A stretch of DNA of 64,000 nucleotides from an uncultured delta proteobacterium. GTDB taxonomy: Bacteria; Myxococcota; UBA727; VGSZ01. The stretch covers positions 96,001 to 160,000 of the forward strand of contig CAVZJB010000006.1 in assembly GCA_963775425.1 (NCBI GenBank). Direction: 5' to 3'. Under the pieces are notes generated by a model. It worked only from the letters and a program-made list of their open reading frames with translations. It searched no databases and had not been told where the DNA came from. Below are positions 49,689 through 61,600 of this stretch, in pieces (position 1 is the first letter of the stretch; every line of letters starts with the position of its first letter). The translations under genes and the position numbers were made by a program.

Positions 49689-52600
49689 GTGACTCGAGCG
49701 GCCGTCCTGCGCGCGCCACGGGGGCGCGCCCCGCGTCCGGGAGCACCTCGGGGAGCGCCCGCCCTTGTCGCGGCGATCGCGCTGATCGCGGCGCTCGCGT
49801 GCGGGTCCGGCGCTCGCCACCGCCGACGGCACGCCCCTCGACGCCGTCGTCACCCAGCACGTGTTCGGCGCCGCCGTCGGCGTCGGCAACACGCTCATGG
49901 AGTTCAGCCGCGGCGTGAACTTCGCCGTGCGCAGCGATCGCTCCGAGGCCACCATCCCGCTGTCGCGCATGGATCCGGACGCCACCGTGGTGCAGGCGTT
50001 CCTCGTGTGGGCGGGCACGTTCCAGCCGAGCCAGGGCATCCCCCTCGATCGCGACGTCGACTTCACCCTCCCCGACGGCACCTTCTTCAACGACCTCAGC
50101 GTCGACGCGCCCGAGCCGGGGGAGACACCGTCGGCGCTCAACCGCTGCGTGTCGCGCAACCTGAACATCGGCGGGCAGACCCAGCCCATGTTCGAGTGCC
50201 GCCGCGAGGTCACGCAGCTCCTGCAGCGCCTCGGCCCCGGCGGCGCCGTCGGCACCTACGGCGTCGAGGACGTCCAGCTCGAGGCCGGCGACTGCAACAA
50301 CGACCCCGGCCGTTGCGAGGCGGCCTACGGCGGCTGGGCCATCGTCGTCCTGTGGGAGTCGCCGACGGAGTCGGTCAAGCGCGACCTCGTCGTCTACGAC
50401 GGCTTCTTCGCCCTCGACGAGCAGGGCAGCACCTTCGGCGGCTTCTCGTCGGGCATCGGACCCGCCTTCGACATGAACGGCTTCACCATCGGGCCCACCG
50501 CCGACGGCGAGCTCACGTTCCTCGCCTTCGAGGGCGACGCCGACCTCGGCGTGCCGCCGCAGAACCTCCCGAGCAACCCGGTGCGCTGCAACGACGGCAA
50601 GTGCGAAGACTTCATCCAGATCCGCACCGACGGAAACCCCACGTTCAAGAAGCTCCAGGACGCCGCCAACCGGCCCGGCAACCTGATGAACGGCTCCGAC
50701 AACACCGGCGGCGTGCACCCCGGCCTCGACATCGACACCTTCGACATCGGCCCCTCGGGGCTCAACGTGCTCCGCGCCGGCGACACGCACCTGTTCCTGC
50801 AGCCAGGCTCGGGCGATGGCGTCGCCGACGACGGCAGCGGCGGCTCCGGCGAGCTGTTCCTCCTCGGCATGACGTTCCTGTCGGTGGAGACGTTCTCCCC
50901 GCGCTTCCTCAACAACTTCACCGAGAAGGTGGTGCTCGAGCCCGTGGCGGGCGCGGGCGAGACGCTGCACTACCTCTTGCGCGTCGAAAACGACGGCAGC
51001 GCGCCGGCCGAAAACGCCCTCATCCGCGACCAGCTCCCCGCCGGCGTCAGCTACGTCCCCGGCTCCACCTCCAACACCTGCGGCGTCGCCAGCGGCGACA
51101 GAAACGGCACGAGCCCCGTCCTGCAGGGCACAGGGCTCAACGTCGGCACCATCCCCATCAACGGCCGCTGCGAGGTGCGCTTCAACGTCACCGTCGACGC
51201 CGACGTCGCCGACGGAACGGTCCTCGACAACTTCTTCACCGTCGCCGCCGACGGCGTCCCGCCCATCCTCATCGGGCCCGCCACCACCGTCATCCAGGCC
51301 GCGTCCATCGGGCAGCCGACGAAGACCGTCAGCGTGCTCGGCGGCGGCGAGCCCTCGCAGGGCTCCACCCTCAACTACACCATCCGCGTGCCCAACACGG
51401 GCACGCGCAACGCGCCGGGGGTCAGCGTGACCGACGCGCTGCCGCCCGAGCTCGAGAACCTCCAGATCGTGTCGTTCCCCGCGGGCGCCGACAACCGCTC
51501 CAGCGCCACAAACGTCGACATCACCGGCATCACCATCGCGCCGGGCGCGTCGGCGGACGTGGTGTTCACCGCGCGCGTCAAGGCGGGCACGCCCACGGGC
51601 ACGCGCATCTCCAACCAGGGCCGCGTGGACCAGCCGTCGCTGTCGACGCCGCTGCGCACCGACAATCCCGCCACGCCGGCGCGCCCCGACCCCACGGTGA
51701 TCACCACGGCGTCGGGCGTGTCGCTCACGTCTTCGAGCAAGAGCGCGCGCGACAAAAACGGCGGCCGTTTGCAGCCGGGCGACGTCGTGGAGTTCACCGT
51801 CCACGTCGCAAAGACGGGGAGCGCCTCCACCGTCATCGACCTCGACGACAGCCTGCCGCTTCACATGGGCGGCTGCGTGGTGGTGTCGTCGCCGCCGGGC
51901 GGCTTCGCCAACTGCACGCCCGGCGGCGCCAACGGCACGGGGCGCGTCGTGGGCGCGGTCGCCGTGGCCGGCGCGGGCGGCGGCGACTTCGTGTTCTCCG
52001 CCGTCGTCGACGCCACGGCGCCCGACGGGTTCTCCTTGGTGAACACGGCGCACCTGACGCCGGAGGCGGACCCGTCGTTCGCCGTCGACGTCAGCTCGGC
52101 GCCGCTGGCCGTGTTTGCGCGGCCCGACTTCACCACGTCGCGCAAGGCCGTCGTCGACGGCAACGGCGGCGACGCGCGGCCCGGAGACGCGCTCACGTAC
52201 ACGGTGACGGTGGTGAACAACGGGAGCGTCGCGGCGCAAAACGTCGTCGTCACCGACGCCGTGCCCGGGGGGCTCGGGAGCGTGGTCGCGCTCGACGGCG
52301 GAGCGTTCGCGCCGAGCGGCGGCGCGCCGCCGGCGAGCCCGGGCACGGTGACGTGGACCGCGCCGGCGTTGGCGGCGGGCGCCACGGCGACGTTCCGCTT
52401 CACCACGCAGATCCTCGCCGGGACGCCGAACAACACCCGCATCCGCAACACGGCGCTCGTGCACGGCGACGCGCCCGCAGCGGACTTCACCACGCCGCCC
52501 GTCGACGTCGTCGTGCGCGCGTCGCCGGCGCTCGTGGTGACAAAGACGGTGGCGGACCTCGGGCCGCCGCCTTTCCGCCCCGGCGACACGGTGCGCTACA

Positions 52601-55600
52601 CGCTCCGCATCCAGAACACCGGCGACGGCGCCGCCAGCAACGTCGTCCTGCGCGACACGCTCGACCCGAGCTTCGAGACGGCCCTCACCAACAACGGCGG
52701 ACGCGTCGCCGGCGGGGACGTGGTCTTCGACACCTCCACCGTGGCCGCGCTCTCCCGCCTCGAGCCGCCCGGCGTGGGGGCGCCGGGTGCCGACGTCGTG
52801 ACGCTCACCTTCGACGCGCGCCTCTCTGGCGTGCTCGCGAACGGCACCGTCGTCGCAAACCAGGGCCGCACCACCGCGGATCAGCTCCCGTCGCCGGTCT
52901 TGTCCGACGACCCGGGCACCGCCACGGCGAACGATCCCACGCGCTTCACGGTGACGAGCCAGGCCGTCGTCAGCATGGACAAGACCTTCGTCGACGACAA
53001 CGCCGGCGCGCTGCTCCCCGGGGACACGGTCACCTACACCCTTACGCTGAACGACACGGGGGACGCGCCGGCCGGCGCGGTCGTCGTCACCGACGTCCTC
53101 GACAACCGCCTCACGTTCGTCGCCTCCCCCGACGGCGGCGCCGTGTCCGGCGTCGGCGGCGGCGGCGCGGGCGGGACCGTCACCTTCCCCGCGCGCGACG
53201 TCGTCCCCGGCGCCGCCGTGCAGCTCCGCTTCACCGTGCGCGTCGCCACCGGGCTCGCCAACGGCACCGTCATCGCCAACCAGGCGCGCGCGGCGTCGCC
53301 GGTGGCGGCCACCACCGTGTCAAACGATCCGAGCACGGTGACGCCGCTCGATCCCACGCGCCTCACGGTCGAGTCGCGCCCCGTCCTCGACGACGTGCAA
53401 AAGACCGTCACCGACCTCGACGGCGACGGGCGCTTCGAGCCCGGCGATCGCGTCCGCTACACGATCACGGTGCCGAACACCGGCAGCGAGGCCGCCGCCG
53501 CCGTCGTCGTCACCGACGTGCTCCCGGCCGCGCTCGAAAACGCCGTCGCCGGCCAGGGCGGCGTGGTCGTGGGGGCGGCGGCGCGGGGAGCGGCGGCCCC
53601 GGCGGCACCGTCACGTGGCCGCTCGGCGCCGTCCCCGTCGGCGTCACGCGCACGCTCACGGTGGACGCGGACATCGTGCGCCCCTTCGGCGACGCCGTCC
53701 CCGTCGACAACCAGGCGCGCGTCACGGGGAGCAACTTCGCCGCCGTTGTCTCGGACGATCCGGCCACGGCCACGCTCGACGATCCCACGCGCTTCCTCAC
53801 GTTCTCCAAGCCGCACCTCGTCGTCGAAAAGGCCGTCGCCGACCCGGCGTCCCCCGGCGGGCCCGGCATCGTCGCGCCCGGCGACACGCTCACCTACACC
53901 ATCACGCTCAGCCAACGACGGCGGCCGCGCCGCCGACGCCGTCACCGTCACCGACCTCGTCGACACCCGCCTCGACACCGTCACGCCCCTCGACGGCGGC
54001 GCGCTCGCGGGCCGGACCATCACGTGGAGCGTCGCCTCCATCGCCACCGACGCCGTCGCCACGCTGCGCTTCACCGCGCTCGTGCACGTGCCGCTGCCAA
54101 ACGGCGTGATCATCCCGAACCGCGCGCGCGCGGTGCTCGCCGAGCCGGGCGTCCCCGGTGTGCCCTTCCTCTCCGACGACCCGCGCACCGCCGCCGCCGG
54201 CGACACCACCGACGTGCAGGTGGTGTCCGCCGCCGATCTGTCCGCCACCACGCTCGAGACGCTCGACCCGCTCAGCGGCGCCCCCATCACGTTCGCGCAG
54301 CCCGGGCAGGCGGTGCGCTACCGCCTCGTGGTGCAAAACCGCGGCACCGACGACGGGCGCCGCGTGCGCGCGCGCCTGGTGCTGCCGCCGGAGGTGGAGC
54401 TCGTGTCGGCGCCCGGCGCCACGGTCAACGGCGCCACCCTCGTGTACAACCGCCAGGGCGTCGCGGCGCTCGCGGACGTCGCGCCCGGCGACGTCGTCAC
54501 CCTCGACGTCGACGTGCGCCTCAAGGCGCCGCTGTCCGTCACGCAGCCCATCTCGGCGCAGGCCGAGCTGACGGCCGCCGGCGTCGCCAACCCGTTCCGC
54601 TCGGACGATCCGTCCACCGCCGCCTTCGGCGATCCCACGCTGCTCGATGTGCTCAGCCTCGTCGTCACCAAGGACGTGGCGCCGTCCCGCACGGCCGCGC
54701 CCGGCGACGTGCTCACGTGGACGATCACCGCGGCGTCCGGCGGCACCATCGCCGTCGGTCCGAGCACGCTCACGGACGTCGTCTCGCCGGCGCTCAGCAC
54801 CGTCACGCCCGGGCCGGGGCTCAGCTTCGACGCGGCGAGCCGCACGCTGTCGGGCGCCCTCGCACCCATCGCGCCAGGGACCTCGCGCACGCTCACGTTC
54901 ACCGCGCGCGTCGGCAACACCGCCGCCAACGGCACGCGCATCGAGAACCAGGCCACCGTGCAGAGCGCCGCCCTCGGCGCCGTGCTCTCCGACGACCCCA
55001 CCACCGCGGCGGCGCTCGACCCCACCGTGGTGCTCGTCGACGCCACGCCGGTGCTCACCACGTCCACCAAGGTCGCCGCCGACGTCGACGGCGCGCCGCT
55101 CTTGCCCGGCGACACCGTCCGTTACGTCGTCACCGTCGTGAACTCCGGGCGCGGCACCGCGGACGACGTGCGCGTGACCGACGTCCTCGACGCCAACCTC
55201 TCCGTGCTCGCGGTGGAAAACGGCGGCAACAACGCCGGCAACACCATCTCCTGGGACGCGTCCACCACGCCGGCGCTCGCGGCGGTGGCGCGCGGCGCCA
55301 GCGTGGTGCTCGCTTTCACGGCCAAGGTGAGCCCCGCCGTCGTCGACGGCACGTCCATCCCCAACCAGGCGTCCATCGTGTCACGCGACGTGAGCGGCGC
55401 CGTGCGCACCGACGATCCGTCCACGCCGGCGCCGGGCGATCCCACCGTCGTGCGCGTGACCGCGCCGAAGCTCTCCCTCACCAAGCGCTTTGTCGACAAC
55501 ACCCCGCACCCGGGCGGCGGGGTCGACGTGGAGCCCGGCGACGCCGTCGAGTACGACGTCACGGTGCGCAACACGGGCGGGGTGGCCGCCACCGGCGTCG

Positions 55601-58600
55601 TGGTCACCGACGTCCTGCCGCCCGGCGTCCTCGTCGACGTCAGCGTGCTCGACGGCGGCAGCGACGACGCCGGCCTCGTGACGTGGACGGTACCCCGCGT
55701 GCCGCCGGGCGGCAGCGCCGTCGTGCGCGTGCGCGCCACCGTGGATCCGCTCGCCACGGGAGGCACCCGCATCGAGAACCGCGCCGAGGCCACCGCCAAC
55801 GAGGTCGGCCTCGCCGTCCGCTCCGACGACCCGGACACGGCCACGCCCGACGACGCCACCGTCCGCGTCGTCACCGCCAGCGAGCTCTGGCACGGCACCG
55901 TCGAGCTGTTCGACGCCGACAGCGGCGCGCCCATCGTCACGCCGGTCATCCCGCAGCAGCGCATCCGCGGGCGCATCACGTTCCAAAACGACGGCAACCA
56001 GACCGCGCAGGCGGTGGTGCTCACCGTGCCCGTGCAGCAAGACCGCATCGTCGTCGACAGCACCACCGGCGGCGGCGTGGTCGACCAGGCCGGGGTGCGC
56101 TGGGACGCGAGCCAGAACCCCGCGTTCGTGCGCATGTCCACCGGGCAGGGCGCGCAGGTGGAGTTCACCGGCAGGATGGCGTCACCGCTGCCAGACGACA
56201 TCGACATCCCCGTCGAGGGCCTCGTCGTCACTGCCGCCGTGCCGACGCCGCCGGCGGTCATCGGGCCCGCGGTGCTGCACACCAGGAGCCGCCCCGACCT
56301 GAGCGCCACCACCAAGGAGGTCATCGACGACGACGGCGGCCTCGTCGAGCCCGGCGACCTCCTCACGTATCGCATCACGGTCCTGAACGACGGCGGCGTG
56401 AGCGCACCCAACGTCCACGTCTTCGACGCCATCCCCGGCGGCATGGTCTACGTCGCGAATTCCACGCGGTTGCGCGGCCAGCCCGTCGCCGACCCCGCGC
56501 CGTCCGTGTCGCCGCTGCAGGCGCCGTCGTCGGCGGGGCAGCCGGCGGGGCTCGCCGTCGGCGACCTCGACGCGGGCCGCAGCGCCGTCGTCGAGATGAA
56601 GGTGCGGGTGTCGCCGGCCGCGCCGCGCGGGGTGCGCATCGACAACCAGGCCGTCCTCACGGCCTCGGGTGCGCCCGACGCGGTGAGCGACAACCCCAAC
56701 ACGCCGCTCATCCTCGGTGATCCCACGCCCGTCATCGTCGGCGGCGGCGCGTCTCTCGTCGCCGAGAAGGTCGGCGCGCCCTCGCCGGTGGTCGCGGGCG
56801 ACGCCCTGCACTTCGACATCCACATCGAAAACGTCGGCACCGAGCCCGCCCTTGGAATCACCGCCGACGACGTCGTGCCGCGCGGCACGCACTACCTCAC
56901 CGGCTCGCTCGTGGTCGACGGCGTCCCCGCCACCGACGCCGCGGACCGCGACGACGCCGACGTCTCCGGCGCCGGCCTCGTCACCGTGCACCTGCACCGC
57001 GCGCTGCTGGAGGCGGGCGAGGGCGTCACCCTCGGCTTCGACGTCAAGGTCGACAGCGCGAGCGTGGTCGAAAACCAGGCGCAGGTGGCGTCGGAAAACG
57101 CGGGCTCGCTCCTCACCGACGGAGACCCGTTGGTGCCGGGCGCCCAGCCGACGGTGGTGCCGGTGAAGAACGCGCGCGCCATCGTCATCGACCCCGACAC
57201 GGTCCGCATCATCGACGACCGTGGGGGCGTCCTCTTGCCGGGAGACACCGTCACCGTGCGGGCCACCGTGCGCAACCAATCGCTCGAGCACGTGGTGCTC
57301 GACGGCGTCGAGCTTGGCGTCAGCGCGCTCCTCGACGTCGTGCCGGAGGCGGTGACCGCGGCGGATCCGCGGCTGCGCTTCGACGCCGCCCAACGCGTGG
57401 TGCGCTTCGTCGACGGCACCAGCGTCGACATCGAGGACGGCGGCGCGTTCGACGTCACCTTCCCCGCCACCGTGAGCGGCGACGCGCGCACCGGAGACAC
57501 CGTGCGCGCGCTCGGCAGCGCCCACGTGCACACGCTGGACGGCGCGCTCGAGAAGAACGCGAACCTCGGCCGCGCCGCGCTCACCGTCGGGTTGTTGCCG
57601 GGCACCGGCGCCATCGAAGGCACGCTGTTCCTCGACGGCGGCGAGCACGACGAGGTGTTCCAACCCGAGACCGACGCGCGGGTGCGGGGCATGTCCGTGC
57701 TCGCCTTCTGGCGTGACGACACCGAGCCCGTGCAGACCGCCATCGCCGACGACCAGGGCCACTTCCAACTGCTCCCCGTGCCCGCCGGCCGGTATCGCCT
57801 CGAGCTGCGCTCGCCGGGCGGCGCTTCGTTCGGCGCCGTCGGCGCGAGCGAGCTGCAAAGCGGCGAGGTGCGCGAGCGCGACATCGCCGTGACGGCCACG
57901 GGCGCGGTCTACCTGAGCGGCTCGCAGCGCGTGCCCGAGGGGGCACGCGTGCAGCTCTTCGCCGACGACGGCGACGCCGACCCCGACAACGACGTCCTCG
58001 TGTCCGATCGCCTGCTCGGCGAGGGGCAGCAGGGCCAGCCGGTGACCGCGCAGGGTCTGTATCGCTTCGACCCGCCGCCCGGCCGGTATCGCATCGCCGT
58101 GGAGCCGCCCGATCCGCTGACGTCGTTCCCGTCGTCCGCGGTCCCCGTCGCCGCCGACAGCGCGGGCAACCCCTTCGGCGCGTTCGCCGCGCTCGACGGC
58201 GCCGGCGACGTCGAGGGCGTCACCGCGCCGCTGCCGGTGTTCAATCCGCGCGGCGCCGGCGCGGGCGGCGCGGTCAACGGCGGCGAGCCGTACTTCCTGC
58301 GCTTCGACGTGCAGGCCGGCGGGCCGCCGCTGTCGCGCAACTTCATCCCCGTGGACGCGCTCAAGTCGCAGCTCACCTTGACGAAGACCGCGAACCACAA
58401 GCGCGCGAGCGTCGGCGACATCGTGAGCTACACGGTGCGCGTCGACAACCGCGCGCTCGCCGGGGTCACCACGGCAGACGGCGGCGTCGAGATCATCGAC
58501 ACGTTGCCGTTCGGCTTCCGCCTCGTCGACGGGAGCTACCGCCTCGACCGCATCACCACGGACGGCAAGGGACAACAGCGCCGCAGCCAGGTGGTGGTGA

Positions 58601-61600
58601 AGGACCACGGCGGCACCGCGCACGTCTTTGGGCCGTTCGAGATGCTGCCGTCGTCGGCGTACGAGCTGCGCTACAACGTCGTCGTCGGGCCGGGGACGAC
58701 GACGGGCCCGCACGAAAACCGCGCGGCGCTGCGCATGGCCGCCGGGCAGGTGCCGCTGAGCGAAGACGCGCTCGCGTCGGTGCAGGTGGTCGCCGACGGC
58801 CTCTTCGACCTCGGCACCATCCGCGGCAAGGTCTTCTGCGACGACGACGGCGACGGCTGGCAGGACGCGGGAGAACAAGGGCTCCCCGGCGTGCGCATGG
58901 TGGTCGACACCGGGCAGTGGACCGACAGCGACGTCACGGGCAAGGCGCACTTCTCCGCCATCCCGGCGGGCATGCACCTGGTGAAGCTCGACGAGCGCAC
59001 GCTGCCGCCGGGGACCGTGCCCGAGAAGGTGCGCGAGACCTTCTACATGTCGCCCGGCCTCCCCGCCGAGATCTCGTTCGGCGCGAAGTGCGTGTTCTCG
59101 TCCGAGGACAAGCCCGAGGTCGTCGTCAACGAGGCCGCCTACGCCCCGGGCGAGGGCGAAGGGCCGGTGAAGCACCACCTCGAAGGCCAGGCGAGCCCGG
59201 CCAAGCTCACCGTCGACGGCGTCGCCGTGGATGTGCAGCGCGCGGACCTGGGCGTCGGCGTCGAGGGCGAAGATCCTGCGTTCGCCGGCGCCGCGGGCCC
59301 GAACCTCCCCGCCGTCGTCGACGGCGGGCTGCGCCCGCGCGTCGAATTCATCCCGCGCGTCGACGGCGGCGCCGCGCCCGTGGCGTGGCAGATCGAGATC
59401 GAGGCCCTGGGCCTGCCCGCGCCCTCGGGCGCGGAGCCGCCTTCCTCCGGCGTGGGCAGCGCTTCTGCGCCGCGCGCCGTCGAGGTGGATCCGCTCGCCC
59501 AGCCGCGGACGGTGTGGATGTTCGCGGGCCACGGGGCGCCGCCGTCGCACGTGTTCTTCGACGGCAAGGACCCGCAGACGGGATCGGAGGAGCTGTTCGA
59601 GCACCAGCTCTATCGCGCCACGCTCACCGTCGGGTTCGAAGACGGCGCGCGCGCGACGTCGGCGGCGCGCGTGTTCGGCGTGCGCGCGGGCGCGGGCGCG
59701 GACGACGCGCCGGGGCAGACCTTCGAGATCGACTCCGTCGACGGCGAGCTGTTCTCCCGCGCGGGCCGGCCCACGGCCCGCCTGTCGGGTTGGCTCGGGG
59801 GCCACGCCACGGCGCTGCGCGGAAAGAAGGTCACCGTCGTCGTGCACACCGATCAGACCGGCGCGGCGGCGCGCTCGCTGACGGCGCGCCGGGCGGCGGC
59901 GGCAAAGAAGGCGCTCGTCGGCTTCGGCCTCGCCGCCGACGACGTCGCCGTCAAAGGCGCCGGCGACGCGTTCCCCAAGATGCCGAACCTCCGCCGGCGC
60001 GATCGGCTCACCAACCGCCGCGTGGAGATCGTCGTCGACAAGAGCGAGAGCGCGCTGCCGCCGCTGGCGGCGCCTGCCGCCGTTGCGCCGTCGGCGCGGG
60101 TGAACGGCAAGGAGGTCGCCGGCGACGGCGCGTTCGCCGTCGACGTCTCCGTGCCGCGCGGAGACGCGCTCGCGGTGGAGCTCGTGTCGTCGACCGGGGC
60201 GGTGACGCGCGTGGTGAAGAGCGACACGCCGGCGGCGGCGAGCACGGAGACGCCGGCGGCGCCGCTGTCGGTGTCGTTCAATCCGGGGTCGCGCGCCCTG
60301 ACGCTCGACGGCGACCCCGTGAGCGCCGCGCTCCTCGGCGTCCGCATCGCGCGCGCGGCGCTGGCCGCCGACGGGAGCGCGGTCATCGAGCCCGCGCTCC
60401 CCCCGAAGCCCGCGGCGGCGGACGGCGCGAACGCCATCGTGGCGTGGACCGTGCGCGTCTTCGTCGAGAAGGACGGCGCGCCGGCGTTCGCCGAGGACGA
60501 CGCCGCTATCGGTCCCGTGGTGCGCGAGCTTTCGGGTGAGGGCAGGCCGCCGGCGAAGATCGCGTGGGACGGCCTCGACGCCGACGGCCAGAAGGTGCCC
60601 GGCGGGCGGCTGCGCGCGCGGCTCATCGTGAAGACCGCGGGCGGCGACACCGGCATCTCGCCCGACGCGCCGCTTTTGGCCGGCGCCGCGGGCGTCGCGG
60701 GGGCGCCGGTGGTCATCGCCGATCCACTCGACGCGCACGGCAAGCTGACGGCGGCGGCCAACAACGCGGTGAAGGCGCTGGCGGCGCAGGCCAAGGACGC
60801 GGCGGCGGTGAAGATCACCGTGCACAGCGACGACAGCGGCACGCAGCTCAACCGGCGCTTCCGCACGCAAAACGGCGCCACCGCCATGAAGGCGCTCCTC
60901 GTCGCCGCGGGCGTGCCCGCCGCCAAGGTGAGCGCGGTGGGCATGGGCTCGGACAAGCCGTTGGTGCCGAACCTCAGCCGCAAGATGCGCGAGGAGAACC
61001 GCCGCGCCGAGGTGGTGTTGGTTGCGCCCGCGGCGCCGGCGCCGACGTCGACGTCGACGCCGGTGGCGCCCGCGCTGCGCGCCAACGGCCAGCCGCTCGC
61101 GCAAGACGGCGAGCGCCTCGGCGGGCAGGTGCCGGCGACGCGCAGCGGCGAGACCGTCCTCGACCTCCGCGACGCCGACGGCGCGCGCGCCACGCTCCAC
61201 GTCCGCCCGAACGACGCGGGCGAGGTCTGGGAGGGCGACGCCCCCGCGTACGCAGCGTGGGTCGCCATGGCCGCGCCCGTCGAGCTCGCGCCGCCCGCCG
61301 AGGCCGCCGCGGCCCCTGTCGGGGGGGCCGCGAGCGGCACGCCCGTCGAGGGTGCGGGGCGCGCGCGGCCCGTCGCCGGCGCGGCGCCTGTCGACGGCAT
61401 CGCGCCGCTCACGCCGGCAAAGCCGAAGAGCGCGGGCCCGCCCACCTGGTACCCGGACGTCCAGAAGCTCGGGGCGCACGACCTCGTCGTCGAGCTCCCC
61501 GCCGACACCAGCGCGCTCCACGCGGACACGCTCCTCGTGCGCGGACGAACCAATCCGCAGAACAAGCTGCGCATCGGCACCGACGAGGTCGCCGTCGATC

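Noticed and set aside
53571-53912. Programmed frameshifting or phase variation in the giant gene
   Set aside because: The G run is only 5 nt, the two shifts compensate, and similar indels occur in unrelated genes, so sequencing error is more likely.
49689-56720. 2343 aa Arg-rich plus-strand ORF as a real protein
   Set aside because: It is off-frame except for the signal peptide and the 53575-53912 segment; the real protein is in the adjacent frame.
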